Below, piece by piece: positions 26,364 through 39,715 of a stretch of DNA of 64,000 nt. Positions within the stretch are counted from its first letter, which is position 1, and each line of letters starts with the position of its first letter. The position numbers were made by a program, and so were the translations under genes. This DNA is from Lingula anatina. Lineage: Eukaryota > Animalia > Brachiopoda. The DNA lies in assembly GCA_051362555.1 (NCBI GenBank), contig CM120646.1, positions 8,556,001 to 8,620,000 of the forward strand, in the 5' to 3' direction. Below the pieces are notes generated by a model. The model was given only the letters and a program-made list of their open reading frames with translations, was not told the origin of the DNA and made no database searches.

Positions 26364-29048
26364 ATGGATGGTCTATTCATTGCCATTGACGACCGCAAAA
26401 CCTTAAGGAGAATGTGTGTGGACTCAGTTCGTTTGACAGAGAGTGAAACGCGGAGATCGAACTGGATTTAATATTCCATTTTTCAAGTTAAAAACATCCT
26501 TGATATGATTATGAAGTCTATGGCCGGTCACCCCAAGTTTCTAGACTGACACGGACCCTCTGCTGTTGCCAGTTTTCGCCGTTTGTATACTATCAGTAAG
26601 CGCATTTGGGTTGTAGAAGTCACAGTGAGGCTGCGAAACTAAGGGTACGCATAGAAAGAATTATACAGTACGAACAGTGTTGATGTGTATTTATTTATAC
26701 ATGGCGTTTTAAATTTAATAAAAAGAAGCAGAAACTGATATACATGTATATTTTTCTTGTGTTACAGATTTTTAAAAACAAAATGATTGTCTATATTGAG
26801 TGAGCAAATGTCTTTGGCGTTTTGTTCTATGCCGATGACGTAGCTCACTTAGCACCGACAATCTCAATATATTTAATGTATGAAGTAAGAATTTGAGATT
26901 TATTTGTAAAATAAATGGAAGAGAATTAAAATTTTATTAAACTAAGTATCAAGTCGCTTAGATAGAAAGTGAATAAATGTCAATGCTAAATGGACCTTAG
27001 CTAAAATATTATTTAAACATCCCCATTTCATAAATATCTCGATGTGCGCATAGATATCAGCAGTCTGTCAACAAATTGGAGAGAGGTGACCTTGGCTTGC
27101 AGACGATGAGATGCACCATTGATATCGAATAGTTACTTTATTTAAATCGTTTATTAGATATGAATTACGGGAAATGGCCAGTCATGAGCTTCAATCACTG
27201 CACTACACGGACGCTGTTCACAAATAGTATTATTTTTAGTCCATTGCTAAAATCCTGATCGAGGGTGGCATGAAACATATTCAGGGATTTGTCAAAAATA
27301 CCGCACCATTTGTGTGAATAGTGCGCTATGTGACATGGGGGACCAGTCTGTAAAAAGTAATTCGCATTTTATTGCTCGCGTAACCAGTGATGAATTTTCC
27401 AAAGTGTCTTTAGAACCTGGGCCAACGTAGCCCCAGAAGATTACTGGACCGTTATCTTTCTATGCCCGGAAGGATGGTGGCCCTATTGAGTTCACGTAGT
27501 CATCCTACAAAATATTAATACTGACATAAGATGCGCTATGTAAGGACAAAGCATGGTCTGGAAGCCAGTAGAACGGATACTAATATGACATAACCAGTTT
27601 TCAATAAAATACTAATTGAAAAACCTAACAAATACAGCTAATTTCACCTTAAAGCAAAACAGTGCAATACTTGTGTCACCCCATGTACATGTTATAGAAG
27701 GTATTGATCACGTAGCCTCTTTCAGAAAATAAGTGAAGAGCTGACGAAGCAAAATGGCTCGGAAATATGAAACAAAAATCCTTGCAAAACTATGTAGTGT
27801 TCAAAAATAAACTGAGGCTGGAACAATTTATTTTGAATTACAAAAGCTTTTTTTTTGGACTGTAAACAAAAGAACGAACAACTTTGGACAAGTTACTGAT
27901 CCAAGCTGAATAAATCCAGCTCAAACAGAATGTGTAAACGTTACAATGTTTTTTTACCACTGTCTACAGCCAAGTACATTTTGAGTGTTCAGTGCCCAAT
28001 GAGGAGTCGTACGTACTACAGCCTGACCAGCAGATCAGTGGCACAATCTCATGAAGCTTTTACCAGATGTCGAAGTATTGATCTTTATAAGAGTTCTGTG
28101 CTACTAAATCAATTTTAAAATAATCAAATTTTTTAAATAGCTTTTGAGGAACATACATGATTTGGAGAGAGTTTTTGTCGTAGTTTTCAAATAAATGTAT
28201 TGGTATTACATAGTATGCTTATTTATGTTCGCGATGAATTGTACTTTTTTATCATTTGGCTTTATTTTGACATAAAAAGATATGAAATAGAAACAATAGA
28301 AACCTTGCACCATGATTTTTTGTTCTATTTCTAAATGAATAATGGACTAGATTAAGCCTCGGTCACAAATGGCCGAACGGGCTCTTACAGCCTGTTTGCG
28401 TCCAAATTTTTCGCAGAATCTCACGTGCCACGCAAGTCTTTCTTTCGAAATTTCGAGTTGGCAGACAACCCGACTTTACCACAGACTGTAGGATGCCCGT
28501 AAGCACGCATGGAGGATATAAGTCCAAAAGATTCTACGAATAATCTGTGAACAGCAAGGCCGCAAGCGTAACTTGCTCCCATAGCACTGAGTTTGCAAGG
28601 AGTTTCGCAAGACGCAGGTCTCAAGCAACGAAGGAGCAAGTGCCCCTTGCGTGTTGAGTAAGGTGCGGCCCTCAAAACTTATGAAAATAAAATCGAACGC
28701 ACGATTCATCTGAAATCTCCAAGAAAAGGTTTTGTTTTTATTAGGTTTTATATGTATTCTTCTGCACCCTTGCAAACTTCTTGGTCTTTTTTTTCAGTAC
28801 ATGTCTTTACCTCTGCCGGAATCTTCATGCATACCTTTCAAAACTTCATTTCTTTGCCTTCAGTCAGACTTCTATCAGATACCTGACAGAACGTATCCAA
28901 TGATAGAGCTTTGATTGCAAATAGGAGATTGTGTTAACAGTCAATATTCCTTGAGATTCCGGCACAGTTTGTTTGTGAACGTAATAACAATACCTCCCCA
29001 CTTATATTATCACTTATATATATACAGGTATATACCTTTGTTCTGTAG

Positions 29049-29449
29049 ACCTCTTTTGTGAATATAAAGCTGCAGTATTGTTAAACGTTTGCACTGAACG
29101 CGTGAGAGAGTCGGTAACGTCACCATAGCCACATTCCTTCTTTAAAAATGAACACAATTTAACCATCTTGATGAAACACAGTAAAGTCGAAGCATTGTAT
29201 ATCCTTAATGTAATCATGTCCATTTTAAACGACACGGCGCACCAAAAGCGACACATTGTAACTTGGGCCCTAATTAAGAAATTTAATTCTACTTAGTCGC
29301 TAGACTGTACTCTATAGATGTCATTGTCTCGATCTCTTAATAGAAAATATCATGAGAATCAGTAATCTGGAAGTGGTATAAAAGCTCGTCCTCCCAGTTG
29401 CCACTTATCTCGCTAGCTGACAGCTAAGACAGATCATCTCCGTAGTAAG
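29049..29449 (+). promoter_or_regulatory. Conserved promoter and non-coding exon 1 of copy 3
   Basis: TATAAAA 29377-29383; exon ends 29449|GTGAGT; aligns with the other two promoter blocks. Confidence 0.8.
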
Positions 29450-30118
29450 GTGAGTTTCAGTGGTACCTTCAAATAGTATAGTACCCTCAGTGTGAACTGG
29501 AGCCAGGACACGAGTCATTGTATTAATACGAGGATATGAGTGATTGTATTAACGGTGCTATCAAGATACTGTAATATATAATGACTGTGTATTTCTTGAT
29601 TTCTTGTGCTTGTTTGTCAAAGTGCTTAATGTGCAGACGAATTCTGATAAATACATATAGAGGTGGGGGTGAAAATATAACAGTAGGCAAGGAGTATTTA
29701 ACTCAGGGGTGGAAAATCACTTCATATTTTCTCGACGGTACCCCAGAAGAGAGATTCACGTGCCTGCTTTACCTGTACATGTACCGTACCTGTATACTCA
29801 GTTAATCTTGTCATCTTAGCAACTTAAAATGTTTAAGGACGGATTCCTTGTGCGCGAAGGGATACCTTCCGACCAATTGCAACAATAGCATTCAAAAAGG
29901 CCGTGTAGCTACATGTATTTTGAAAGTGCTCTCGACCAACCACACCTCTTTCATAGTTGAACACTAGTGGTGCATATATTTCTATCAAAGATGGGTCTAC
30001 GATAAAGACATTTCAAACTACATGTATCTTTATACGTTTTTATATTATCTATGAAATCTAAAACACCTTTCAAAACACAGATTCAATGTTGACTCTTGTG
30101 ATTTTTTTTAGTTTCATC

Positions 30119-33007
30119 ATGCTTCGCCTTATCATCCTCGCCTTGGTGGGCAGTGCCCTCGCTAGATACGACGAGCATCATATTGGTGAGTAACCTGCCT
30201 GGCGAAATGCTGCTTAATTTCTCTACTCATATGAAGCATTTTTAATAACATCTAGATTCAAAGGTACTCAACGCAACTGTTGGACGAACATCTAAATATA
30301 TCAAAATGATAAGAATAATGAATAGGCTTAACCTGTTACGCGGACTAAACGTGGTATCTTTTTTATTACGTCGACTGCGATCGCCTTAACTTGATGGTAG
30401 CATTTTGGATTTCGTTTCAAAGCAAAATCGGTACAAGTAGCATACACGTGTAGCAGTGATATTTATCAAATATAAGCTATTTATCTATATCCACAGCTCC
30501 CAAATTCAACGACTTCTGCAAGAAGTGTATCGAAGAGAGAAATGGCGTTGGCTACTACGAGAACCCAGAAGACTGCAAAACTTATCTCCAGTGTGATTTG
30601 GATGATGATCTTAACATCAAGGTTCATGTGAAGGAATGTGCTGAAGGCACACTCTTCGACGGTACAATTGTTACCTGCGTTCCATGTGAGGTCGCCACCT
30701 GCCCAGGCAGCAAGGTCCCATACCCACAGTGCCCACCAAGAAGTGAGTTAATGGTTTTTATTTTGCAAAAAGAATCACTATAAAGATATACCACTAGTCA
30801 ACATTACACATGAAAAGTATCAAAGTTGCGAATCATGAAGATATATTTTATGTCAAATAAGCGTGAATAACTATACCAAAACCTTGTAGACATCACTGAC
30901 TATTATCATACTGCTTGCTTACAATATTAATATTAACAATTTTATACAACTATTTTTCCTCAGCCGCCCCACCAACCACCACCCTCGCTTACACCACCCT
31001 TCCCCAGTTTGACGGCAAATGTGACGGCCCTGACGGATGGACCTACTTGGCCGTGTGGGGTGATGCCAACACCTTCTACAGATCCCAGACCCTTGGTGAT
31101 GAGACCAGAATCGAGCGTGTCAGCTGCGGACAGTGGGAGTTCAACGTTAAGAGATGCATGTGCATGGTTCCAGGTATGTGATGATCTGCTTGACGTCTTA
31201 TAATTGCAAAATTGGTAACGTTTTTATTTAAACGATAGCAATTAATAATTCTCTTGTTTTTTCTTACCAATTCAACAACTTGATAACGCGCAAGTAGTTG
31301 ATAAATGGTCACTGTCATTCTTCTTTAAACAGAAAATGGAAAAAATAACATTGTATTGAAACATTTCTTACAGATCTCCAGGCTATTGCCCTGTGGCCTT
31401 TCGATGAGCACACCGACACCACCGTCGATAACTTCTGGACAGACTGCGCTGGTGTAGAGCTTTCTGACGGTAAAGTCGGATACGCTGCTCACTTCAACGG
31501 CACCGTCCACTGCGAGGTCCCACGTTTTAACAACTACCCATGGGGCTCTGCCCTCACCATTTCCTTCTGGTACAAGAATGCTGCTCACGCTAAGAACGAC
31601 CGTGAGGGTCTCCTCAGCAACGGTAACTGTGCCATCGAGCCAACCATCTCCTTCTGGTCTGACCGCGGCTATCTTGGAGGCCGCGTCCTGGTCAACAACA
31701 ACGGCACTCTCCTCACCGTCGACCTCGGCAAAAACGTAAGTATTGGTTAAGCTCGACAAAATATTTCTGAATTCCGTTATACTATATGTCAACCACTGGC
31801 TGTATTGTTCTTTCTCGCTATCAGCATAGACACGGTAATAACAGTTTTGGTGATCTCATCCGTTGCTATTATTATCCATTTGTCATTTAGAAAGGAAAAA
31901 CCTTTGCTTTCACCAAAATTCTGATTTTGTTTATAACCCGTTCTTTCTAAATAAATAACTCTATGCCATCTTGGTTAAACTAATGTCTTTTTATAAATAA
32001 TTAAAACGTGTTTTGTTGATTACGTCAGAAATGCACCACAGACGAATGATTCAAGAAACCATTTATAGTATTTCACAAAAGCTGCATAATACCGTCCTAA
32101 GTGGACTGATAGGTGCTCTGGAGAACCAGAAATACCTGAAGCCGAAAATGAAATTTTACCCACAAAAACGCCTCTATTACGTAATCCAAAGAAAATGCAG
32201 ACCCTATCTATGAAATGTGCACACTCATATTTGACTCATATGCCACGGTATCCCCTTCACTTTGTATTATACTGTTATTGTTGTTATTCTTCATATCACA
32301 GGGTGGCAGCGGCTGGAACCACGTCGCCATGGTCTACGATGGTCTCAGACTGGTGCTTTACGTCAACGGAAAAGTTGTCGTTGATGATATCGCTGTCGGT
32401 AAGCAGCTTTTTTCTCACTTATTCAATTTTATGAGCACTATTTCTTATAATCAGTGTTGCCCATACAACCGTTGTCGTTTGCATTTTTTACTATATAACG
32501 TGAACAGGCCAGTAAAAAGATTTTTTTGCTAATTAGAACAATTTAATTTTGTGAACATGGCTTCAGTATCATTTTATTATTTTCTACAGGTGCTATCCCA
32601 GCTACCCTTGCTCCACTGTACATGGGCAGAGACTTGAACTGTGAGGCCGTTGATGCTCGTTACAGCAACACCAACCTTGTCGGATTCCTAGATGAGGTAA
32701 CTCCTATTCTATTTTCCGAAATGAAACGGATTTAATAATCAGTATTTTACACATCTTTTCAAAAAATATCATTGTACGTGTCTAATTTTAACATTATGGT
32801 CGCAATTCTAATATAGACAAGTTGATATTGACATCTATACTGTAACTGCGCTGACGAATTTTCAATTAAATAAATTTTCGAGGCTGTTAACTAATTGAGA
32901 CAACTTTTGATTTTCAGGTCCAGATCTACGACTGGGCTCTTACCGACGCCATGATCTGGAAGCTCAATGCTGGCGAGAGAAACATCAAGATGGCCAGAAC
33001 CGACTAA
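30119..33007 (+). CDS. Secreted CBM14 + LamG Pif-like protein, copy 3 (392 aa)
   Basis: Exons 30119-30185, 30497-30742, 30964-31173, 31374-31735, 32302-32398, 32590-32696, 32918-33007. Same exon lengths, intact frame, different 3'UTR. Confidence 0.88.
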
Positions 33008-33613
33008 ATCATTTCTTCATTTACCTGACGGAAAACGATTAGATCGAACTGAACCTTTTTCATTCTTCATAAAAACTGTGGTCTCTATTTATAGTTACCC
33101 TTAGTTTATAGATGACAGCTCCATTGCCAGCACATTATTATGGCACTAAAGATGTAGGCTATAAAGCCAGGGTAGCACTGAACCCACAATATGTACAGTA
33201 TAGATTCCCTTTTACTGCTTGTCGCATTTTACATAGAATAAAATCAATTTCGTAGAATTAAAAGCAAATCAAATACTTCTTTATTGCTTCAGGTAATTTA
33301 AGTTGTGATATGATCATTGGGGATTATGTCTATCTGCAACCTAGCCCAGTATGAAGGTGGATATTTATATAAACTCATATTGTGTAACTTACACCACCAG
33401 AAACTAAGATTATGTATAGACTAAAACCCAATATCCTAGATACAAATAAGCCTACCTGTACTTGCACATACACAACTCTCAATGTCGGGGTGTCTTTTTA
33501 TCTGATGCAATGACATATACATGTAGCTACTCATAATATATTTGGCCCAGCATACTTCTAACGGACTCTATCACTCCGCCCAGAACGATCCTGCATCAAG
33601 GTCGACTGGTCCT

Positions 33614-33691
33614 CATTATCATTTACTAATCTTTACTACATTATCATTTACTAATCTTTACTACATTATCATTTAGTAATCTTTACTACAT
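33614..33691. repeat. 25-bp minisatellite, 3 copies
   Basis: cattatcatttactaatctttacta x3 with one substitution. Confidence 0.85.
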
Positions 33692-34293
33692 GTACTATCT
33701 GTTTCTCTAACAGGCTCTGAAGAAGCCATTTAGAGAAAACGCGCAAAATGGATGTAATAACGCTCTTTACGCAGTACTGAATATCGGTGCCAAAATGACC
33801 GTATGAAATAGAGCAGCCACATTGAGACTGTTAGTCTGATGACACCAAGGGATTTTCTCGTAATTTTTATTCCGAATTTTGACTCGGAAAATCTACTAAA
33901 TAAACCCCTGAACCTACGACCATTGTCAATCAGTTATTGTAAAGTGTAAGCTACTACTGAATATTTTACTTAAAAGAAAAATTCAACTTGGACCGTGTGC
34001 GAAATGCATGTAGATCACCAGTGAAATACATTACTCAGAGAGTTGATAAAATTCGAAATTTTATCATTACCGCTATTTGCAATACGTACCGGACTTAACA
34101 AAATCCCTCTCATTGATGTGTCCAAATTTCCATGTGCACAGTAAAACTTTTCAACATTTCGGGTAGGGATTACATTATTGCTGAATAAAGCGAGTTCATA
34201 GTGTTAAAATATCGAAAAAAGCTTATTCTGCTATGAATATGAAAATCATCATACTGCCGAACATATTATATTAGTGACGTATTGTTAGGGCAG

Positions 34294-34466
34294 GCCGGTG
34301 TCATGTACCAGAAAGTCCCCCGTAACAGAGAATCCGCTTCCTATTCATTTGTACAGGCGAGCTTCGCCAAGATTTTGACCAACTTACGTCAAACTAACCC
34401 TAACCATTATAACTATATGGAGGGCGGACTTTCTGTCACACGGACCCTCATTTTCGTGACACCGGC
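34294..34466. mobile_element. MITE (~173 bp), family copy A
   Basis: TIR gccggtgtca...tgacaccggc; the internal sequence closely matches 42315-42490. Confidence 0.75.
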
Positions 34467-35147
34467 TTGCGTGAAAAGGACGTCGTTGTCTTTTTGCGGA
34501 ATCAAAATACATATGCTATATAACAGATGTATTTTTGGTATATTAAGTCGGAAAAGTTTTAAACGAACCGCAAGCCGAGACAAAGTTATTGGTATTTTAT
34601 ATTTTTATAAATATCATCTATCTCTCTCTCTCTCTCTCTCTGTGTTTATGTGTGTGTGTTGTGCATACTTCTGTTTATTCATATCACTGTTATCACTAGC
34701 CAGGTCTTGTTAAACTAGTTTTGAAATTCGGTCAGAGCATAACCCATGACAGCCTCTTGTCAGCGTGACTCTCAGAGCGTAAATATAAAATTTTAATGTA
34801 CATCAAACGCTGATAAAGTTTTTAAAAATACATTTCACTTTGTATGAAAGCATTCACATTATTTAAATTAATTTATGGTAGGTCGTAGTTTCAACACAGT
34901 GAAAATACAGTGTACTACTTCACTTTAAGATCCTCTCGAGTAGTGGAGAACGCCTCTTTAAACGACTTTTATGAAAGCACCGCAGGTTCTCCCCATAAAA
35001 ACTGACCACCGTGTCAACAGAAGAAAGCCAAGTTGTGACGTCGTGGGAGTATTCATACACCGAGAGCACGTCGCTTTGTGGCACTTCTGAGATTCTTCTA
35101 ATAATATAACGTTTCTTAGAAACCTAGTATAATCTAACTTGGACAAG

Positions 35148-38100
35148 ATGAGCAACCTGCTGCGCTTGACGTTGTACACACTGCTCTGTGTTGGGGGTGT
35201 TGCAGGTGAGTTCACAGGTTAAATTTACCTGTAAAGAGAGTAAGTCGTCGTAATGCGACTCAGTTGACCTACAACGTTTCGTAATTTAGTGTAAGTAGCT
35301 CAATGTCCTCGTCTCTCCTGTCAGTCGATGCACTATATAGTGGTGCAGTACTATCAGACTAAGTACGTGAAGTAGGCCTAGGTTTTGACACCATGCAGGC
35401 AAAGTGAATAAATAATCAATAATCTACCGATTCAACGCTCTTTCAACAATACGTTTGCAGTACATTAGACGTCAGTGGTATATGCTTATCTGTCTTGCAG
35501 AAAACAACAGAATTTGATATTTCATTGCTTCATATAGTGCACAAACTAGCGCATGATTTCTACCTTCATAACCTCACTGATTACACGTGTGGTTTGTAGC
35601 AAGGCTTGAGTATGTGCTTCAGATTCAGACGATTTTAATAGTTGTCGCAAAAAGGTAGCCTGTCGATATAGCTGCGTGACGATATGGGCGTTTGAATGAA
35701 AAATATGCTATGCGCCGAACTTGAAGCTCCGGGTAGAGGGTTTACCGTCAGTTTTTTTCTCTTCTTTTAGTCGTTTCAATATATGACGCTAGTGTACAAA
35801 TTGAAGAAAACATCATCTAACAGTCCATTTGCCCACCCGCATGTGTGTAAAGAAATTCACCTAAGCTGAAACTAGGACCCAAAATTATCTTCCATCCTAG
35901 GCTGAAACCAGGTTTCCACTTATAATGCCGACATGTGCAGTTACCTGCAGTAGTCTTGTATAGTAAAATCACGTACCAGAGGCGAAAGTGGACCTTTTAT
36001 AATAATGGCCTAGATATATAGGTACATTTTTCTAAGATATTTAGTGTTATCTCTGTGACACTTTTTCACTGACCCCCCTTTCCTGTCACTTTGTCATACT
36101 CCTTGTGTGACTTTGAAATATTTGTGGAAATTTCATACCGAGATGTACATTATATAAAATACGTTTTAGCAAATGAAAATCATGTCAGTCCTTTCAACTT
36201 TTAGTGACCTCACGTTTTAGGGGCGTACTATAGTTTTATTTGCATATGTCAACCAGCTGACTGGACAAATCTTGAACACAATAAAAGTTTATTAGCCAAA
36301 GAGATTTTGTGCAGGATTTACTTTCCTGCTGTGCCAGCACTAGAAGACAGAGGATGAGTACACGAAGAATTAGTCATAATAATCTACATATAGATGTAAT
36401 ACATGGTGAACAGAGTACTGGAGTAGAGCGGCGCGCCCATCCAAGTGTAGATTTACATGTAGCCTACTCTCATGACCTCGCACATTTTTGTGTCAACTGG
36501 AAACCTACTGTAGTTCTATTATAAACACATCATGCGTTTCATAATTACGGCGCATGCTCAGTAGACGAAGTAACCACATGTGCTATGAACTCTTCAACTC
36601 AAGGCGTGGCGTAGACATAGGGTTTAGGTAACTACACTTAAATCTTATAAACATAATAGAGAGAGCTGGGAGGGGGGTCTTCTTCATTCAAATTAACACA
36701 ATATTGTTTTTATGTGTATAATTTAACGTTTTTTTTCCGTATCTCTCCAAGGCCACTTTTTTTAAAAACGCACAGTGTAACAGTACAAATAGTAAATTGA
36801 ATAATTTGAATTGTTCACTAAACAAAACGACAGCAAAAGACTTTTTCTGCTGCAAATAACACACAGACGAGTAGAACCATAGAAACTGTTGTAAAAACTG
36901 TAAGACACCCTAGCCTATAGCCTATCGTGATTAATGTGAAATAACAGGGGTTAAAATCCATGGAAATAAAACAAACATAAAGCAAGTTTCATCAAATACA
37001 CGTTAAAAGATGTTTTGTTTCGACGTGAATGCAAGGTGAAAGCAGCCTAAAGCAACACGCACTGAGCCTGGTACGCGATCACTGTCCCCATAATATCCAT
37101 TTAATATATTTACGTGCATTTCATTTCCTTTATAATGTTTTTCATATTTGCTTGGTGACGCTCTCTTTAATTTACTAAAGCCTGAGGTCTCATGTGCATT
37201 GGACAGATATCTCCACTGCTGGAAACGATCGTAAAAATCAAGGGTCATGTTATTAAAAAAACTTCATACTCGATCAAATGCGCCTTTTGGCATACCTAGG
37301 GATGTACTAGTAGACACAGGGAACCCCGGCAGAAAGAGTTGATTCCTCATCCATGATGTTTTGACTATGGTACCAGACACAGGACTTTTTGTAAAAAGAA
37401 CTTGCTTGGTTTGAAGGGAGAATTTTAAGTAAAAGTGCTAAAATGAGATGCAGCAGGTATATTGAGAGCAAAGGAGATGTTCTTTTGTGTCAGATAAGCG
37501 CTGAGCATTAGCTTGTTTAAATATGGCATGTGCAGTTAATATGCACGAGTTGTAAATGTAAACATACGTATTAAACATTTTGACGTATTAAGGGCAAAAG
37601 GTACGAATGTATTTTCTAAGTAATTTTGTTTGTGGTCCAGTCAATTCTTATACGAATTATGATGCTTTTATCACAACAATATAGCCTAAGATTTTGTCAT
37701 TCAAACATGGTACGTGTAAATAGGGCAATCGTTAATTATAACAAAGCTCTCTTTATTTTTATAAATAAATAAATAAATGATAATTAGAGGTGTTCCCCCT
37801 CGTTCTTTTCAAATACGTGGCTGCATACCACCATTTATCTATTCATGTTCTAAACTCAATCAGTTCTTTTGCATATTTCGAGTTAGATCTTATTAACCCA
37901 AAATCATTTTTCTTTTAGGTCAAACTTGCCCAGATGGTAGTAACATCTCCACCTGCATCAGCAACATCAATACAGGCAAGTAGGGTTGTGATTGAGTACT
38001 TGCGTGGCACTTGTTGTATCAGGGTTGTAGGGCGGGGGGGGGGGGGGGGGGGGGGAGGGGGGGGGTCGAGATAGGTCTTACTGTTTCATGACCCTAGCTA

Positions 38101-39662
38101 TCTCTGTGTCATATTGATACTTGTAATCTTCCCGAATGGGGGTTCTCTGCAGAAATACTTAGTCATATACTGGTGGTGAGCGACAGTCCCTAGTAACTTA
38201 CACATACTCAGTCTGGTTATCTTTCTGTAAGCCCCTTGGCGTTCCATCAGCCCCTCCGCAAATCAGAACGGGGGTCATCGACTGGCACCGATGACATCTC
38301 CATAGAACACATTCCTTCTTGGTATTTTTGATGCCATAATTTCGATGATAAAATTGCCAAAAGAAATGTCAGTACCTGCTACTGCCGCTGGTTGTACACG
38401 GGATCAAACATGATCCAGTTTACAGGGAACGTTGGGAATTTTTATTTTCGCCATAAATCTTATAACGTTTCTGAAATTTCAGGATTTATCTTTTGTGTGT
38501 CATGGATGTTTGGGTATGCAAGAAGAAGTAGCACTGTAGACGGAGGGCACTAGTATTTATGTCTCCTCATTAATATCATATTCACAAAAATCGTATTCAT
38601 ATTTTCATTTTCATTTTCATATGTTACAGTGAGATAAACTAAACTAAACTAAACTTAAATATTAATCCAAGCCAAAGGATAAGTAAATGACAAACACAGA
38701 TAAATAGTGTTCGAAATTTGGCCGGTAAGGTCCCTCTATTAAAGAATGGTGTTAGATATTGTATAGCATTAAATAATGTTAATTAGTTAAAATTACGTAA
38801 TGTTATCTCTTAAAAATAAATATCAAAACAAATAGTGCAAATATTTTCATTTGTGGGGTTGCAAAGAGGCCAAAAATTGCAACCGGAAAAAAGAGTGGAA
38901 AACAAAAACCAAAATAGCATAAGCCGAAATAATGCAAGCCAAAATATATGCAAGAAGAAGTAGCACTGTAGACGGAGGGCACTAGTATGTGTGGGTGAAA
39001 AAGCCGCCATGTTTGTTTCTGGTCAAAACAACCCAGTTTTTATTTAAAAAAGCTCGGTTAACAACCTAAGGGTTGAAATTGAACATTTATTAAGTTGGAT
39101 GGCCAAAATTATTTATGTAAATTGAACATTTATGTATATATTTTTGGATTACAGCTGCTCACGCTCTCAATCGCACTTTCTTACCCGACTCGTTCAACCT
39201 GAATACGTACTTGAACGTCACTTTCAATGCACCGGAAGAGGAATTTGAAGTGTGCTGCAAGACTTTTACCTTTCCGTAAGTTGCAATATAGATAAAACTC
39301 TTCTGTATAAAACTTTGCTGTCATTCTCGTGATCTCGTTCTTATTATGAGGAGAACATGGACCCCTTTTTACCTGAGGTCTGCAGGTCGAGAATTTCATC
39401 TTCTTCCGATATTTTACAAACCGAGGCCATTTCCACCGCAGACTCGGCTATGTCCGTAACTTTATCTTGTTGGCTGTAATGCAGCTGGGTCATAGCATTT
39501 TCGATAAATGAAAAAAAGAAAGAAGTGTATAAATTTTATACAGTGGGTTCTGAAAATTCAGAATTTCATGTTGAAAGAAAAAACATTTGGTTTGTTATCT
39601 TCACGAATTTCTGCATATTCTATCAGTCAATTTGCTCTGTTTCTTTATTATTATTATTATCA

Positions 39663-39715
<53 letters not shown>

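Noticed and set aside
28353-28700. CpG-rich stretch starting taagcctcggtcaca, possibly a Harbinger-type MITE
   Set aside because: No matching right TIR or TSD was found.
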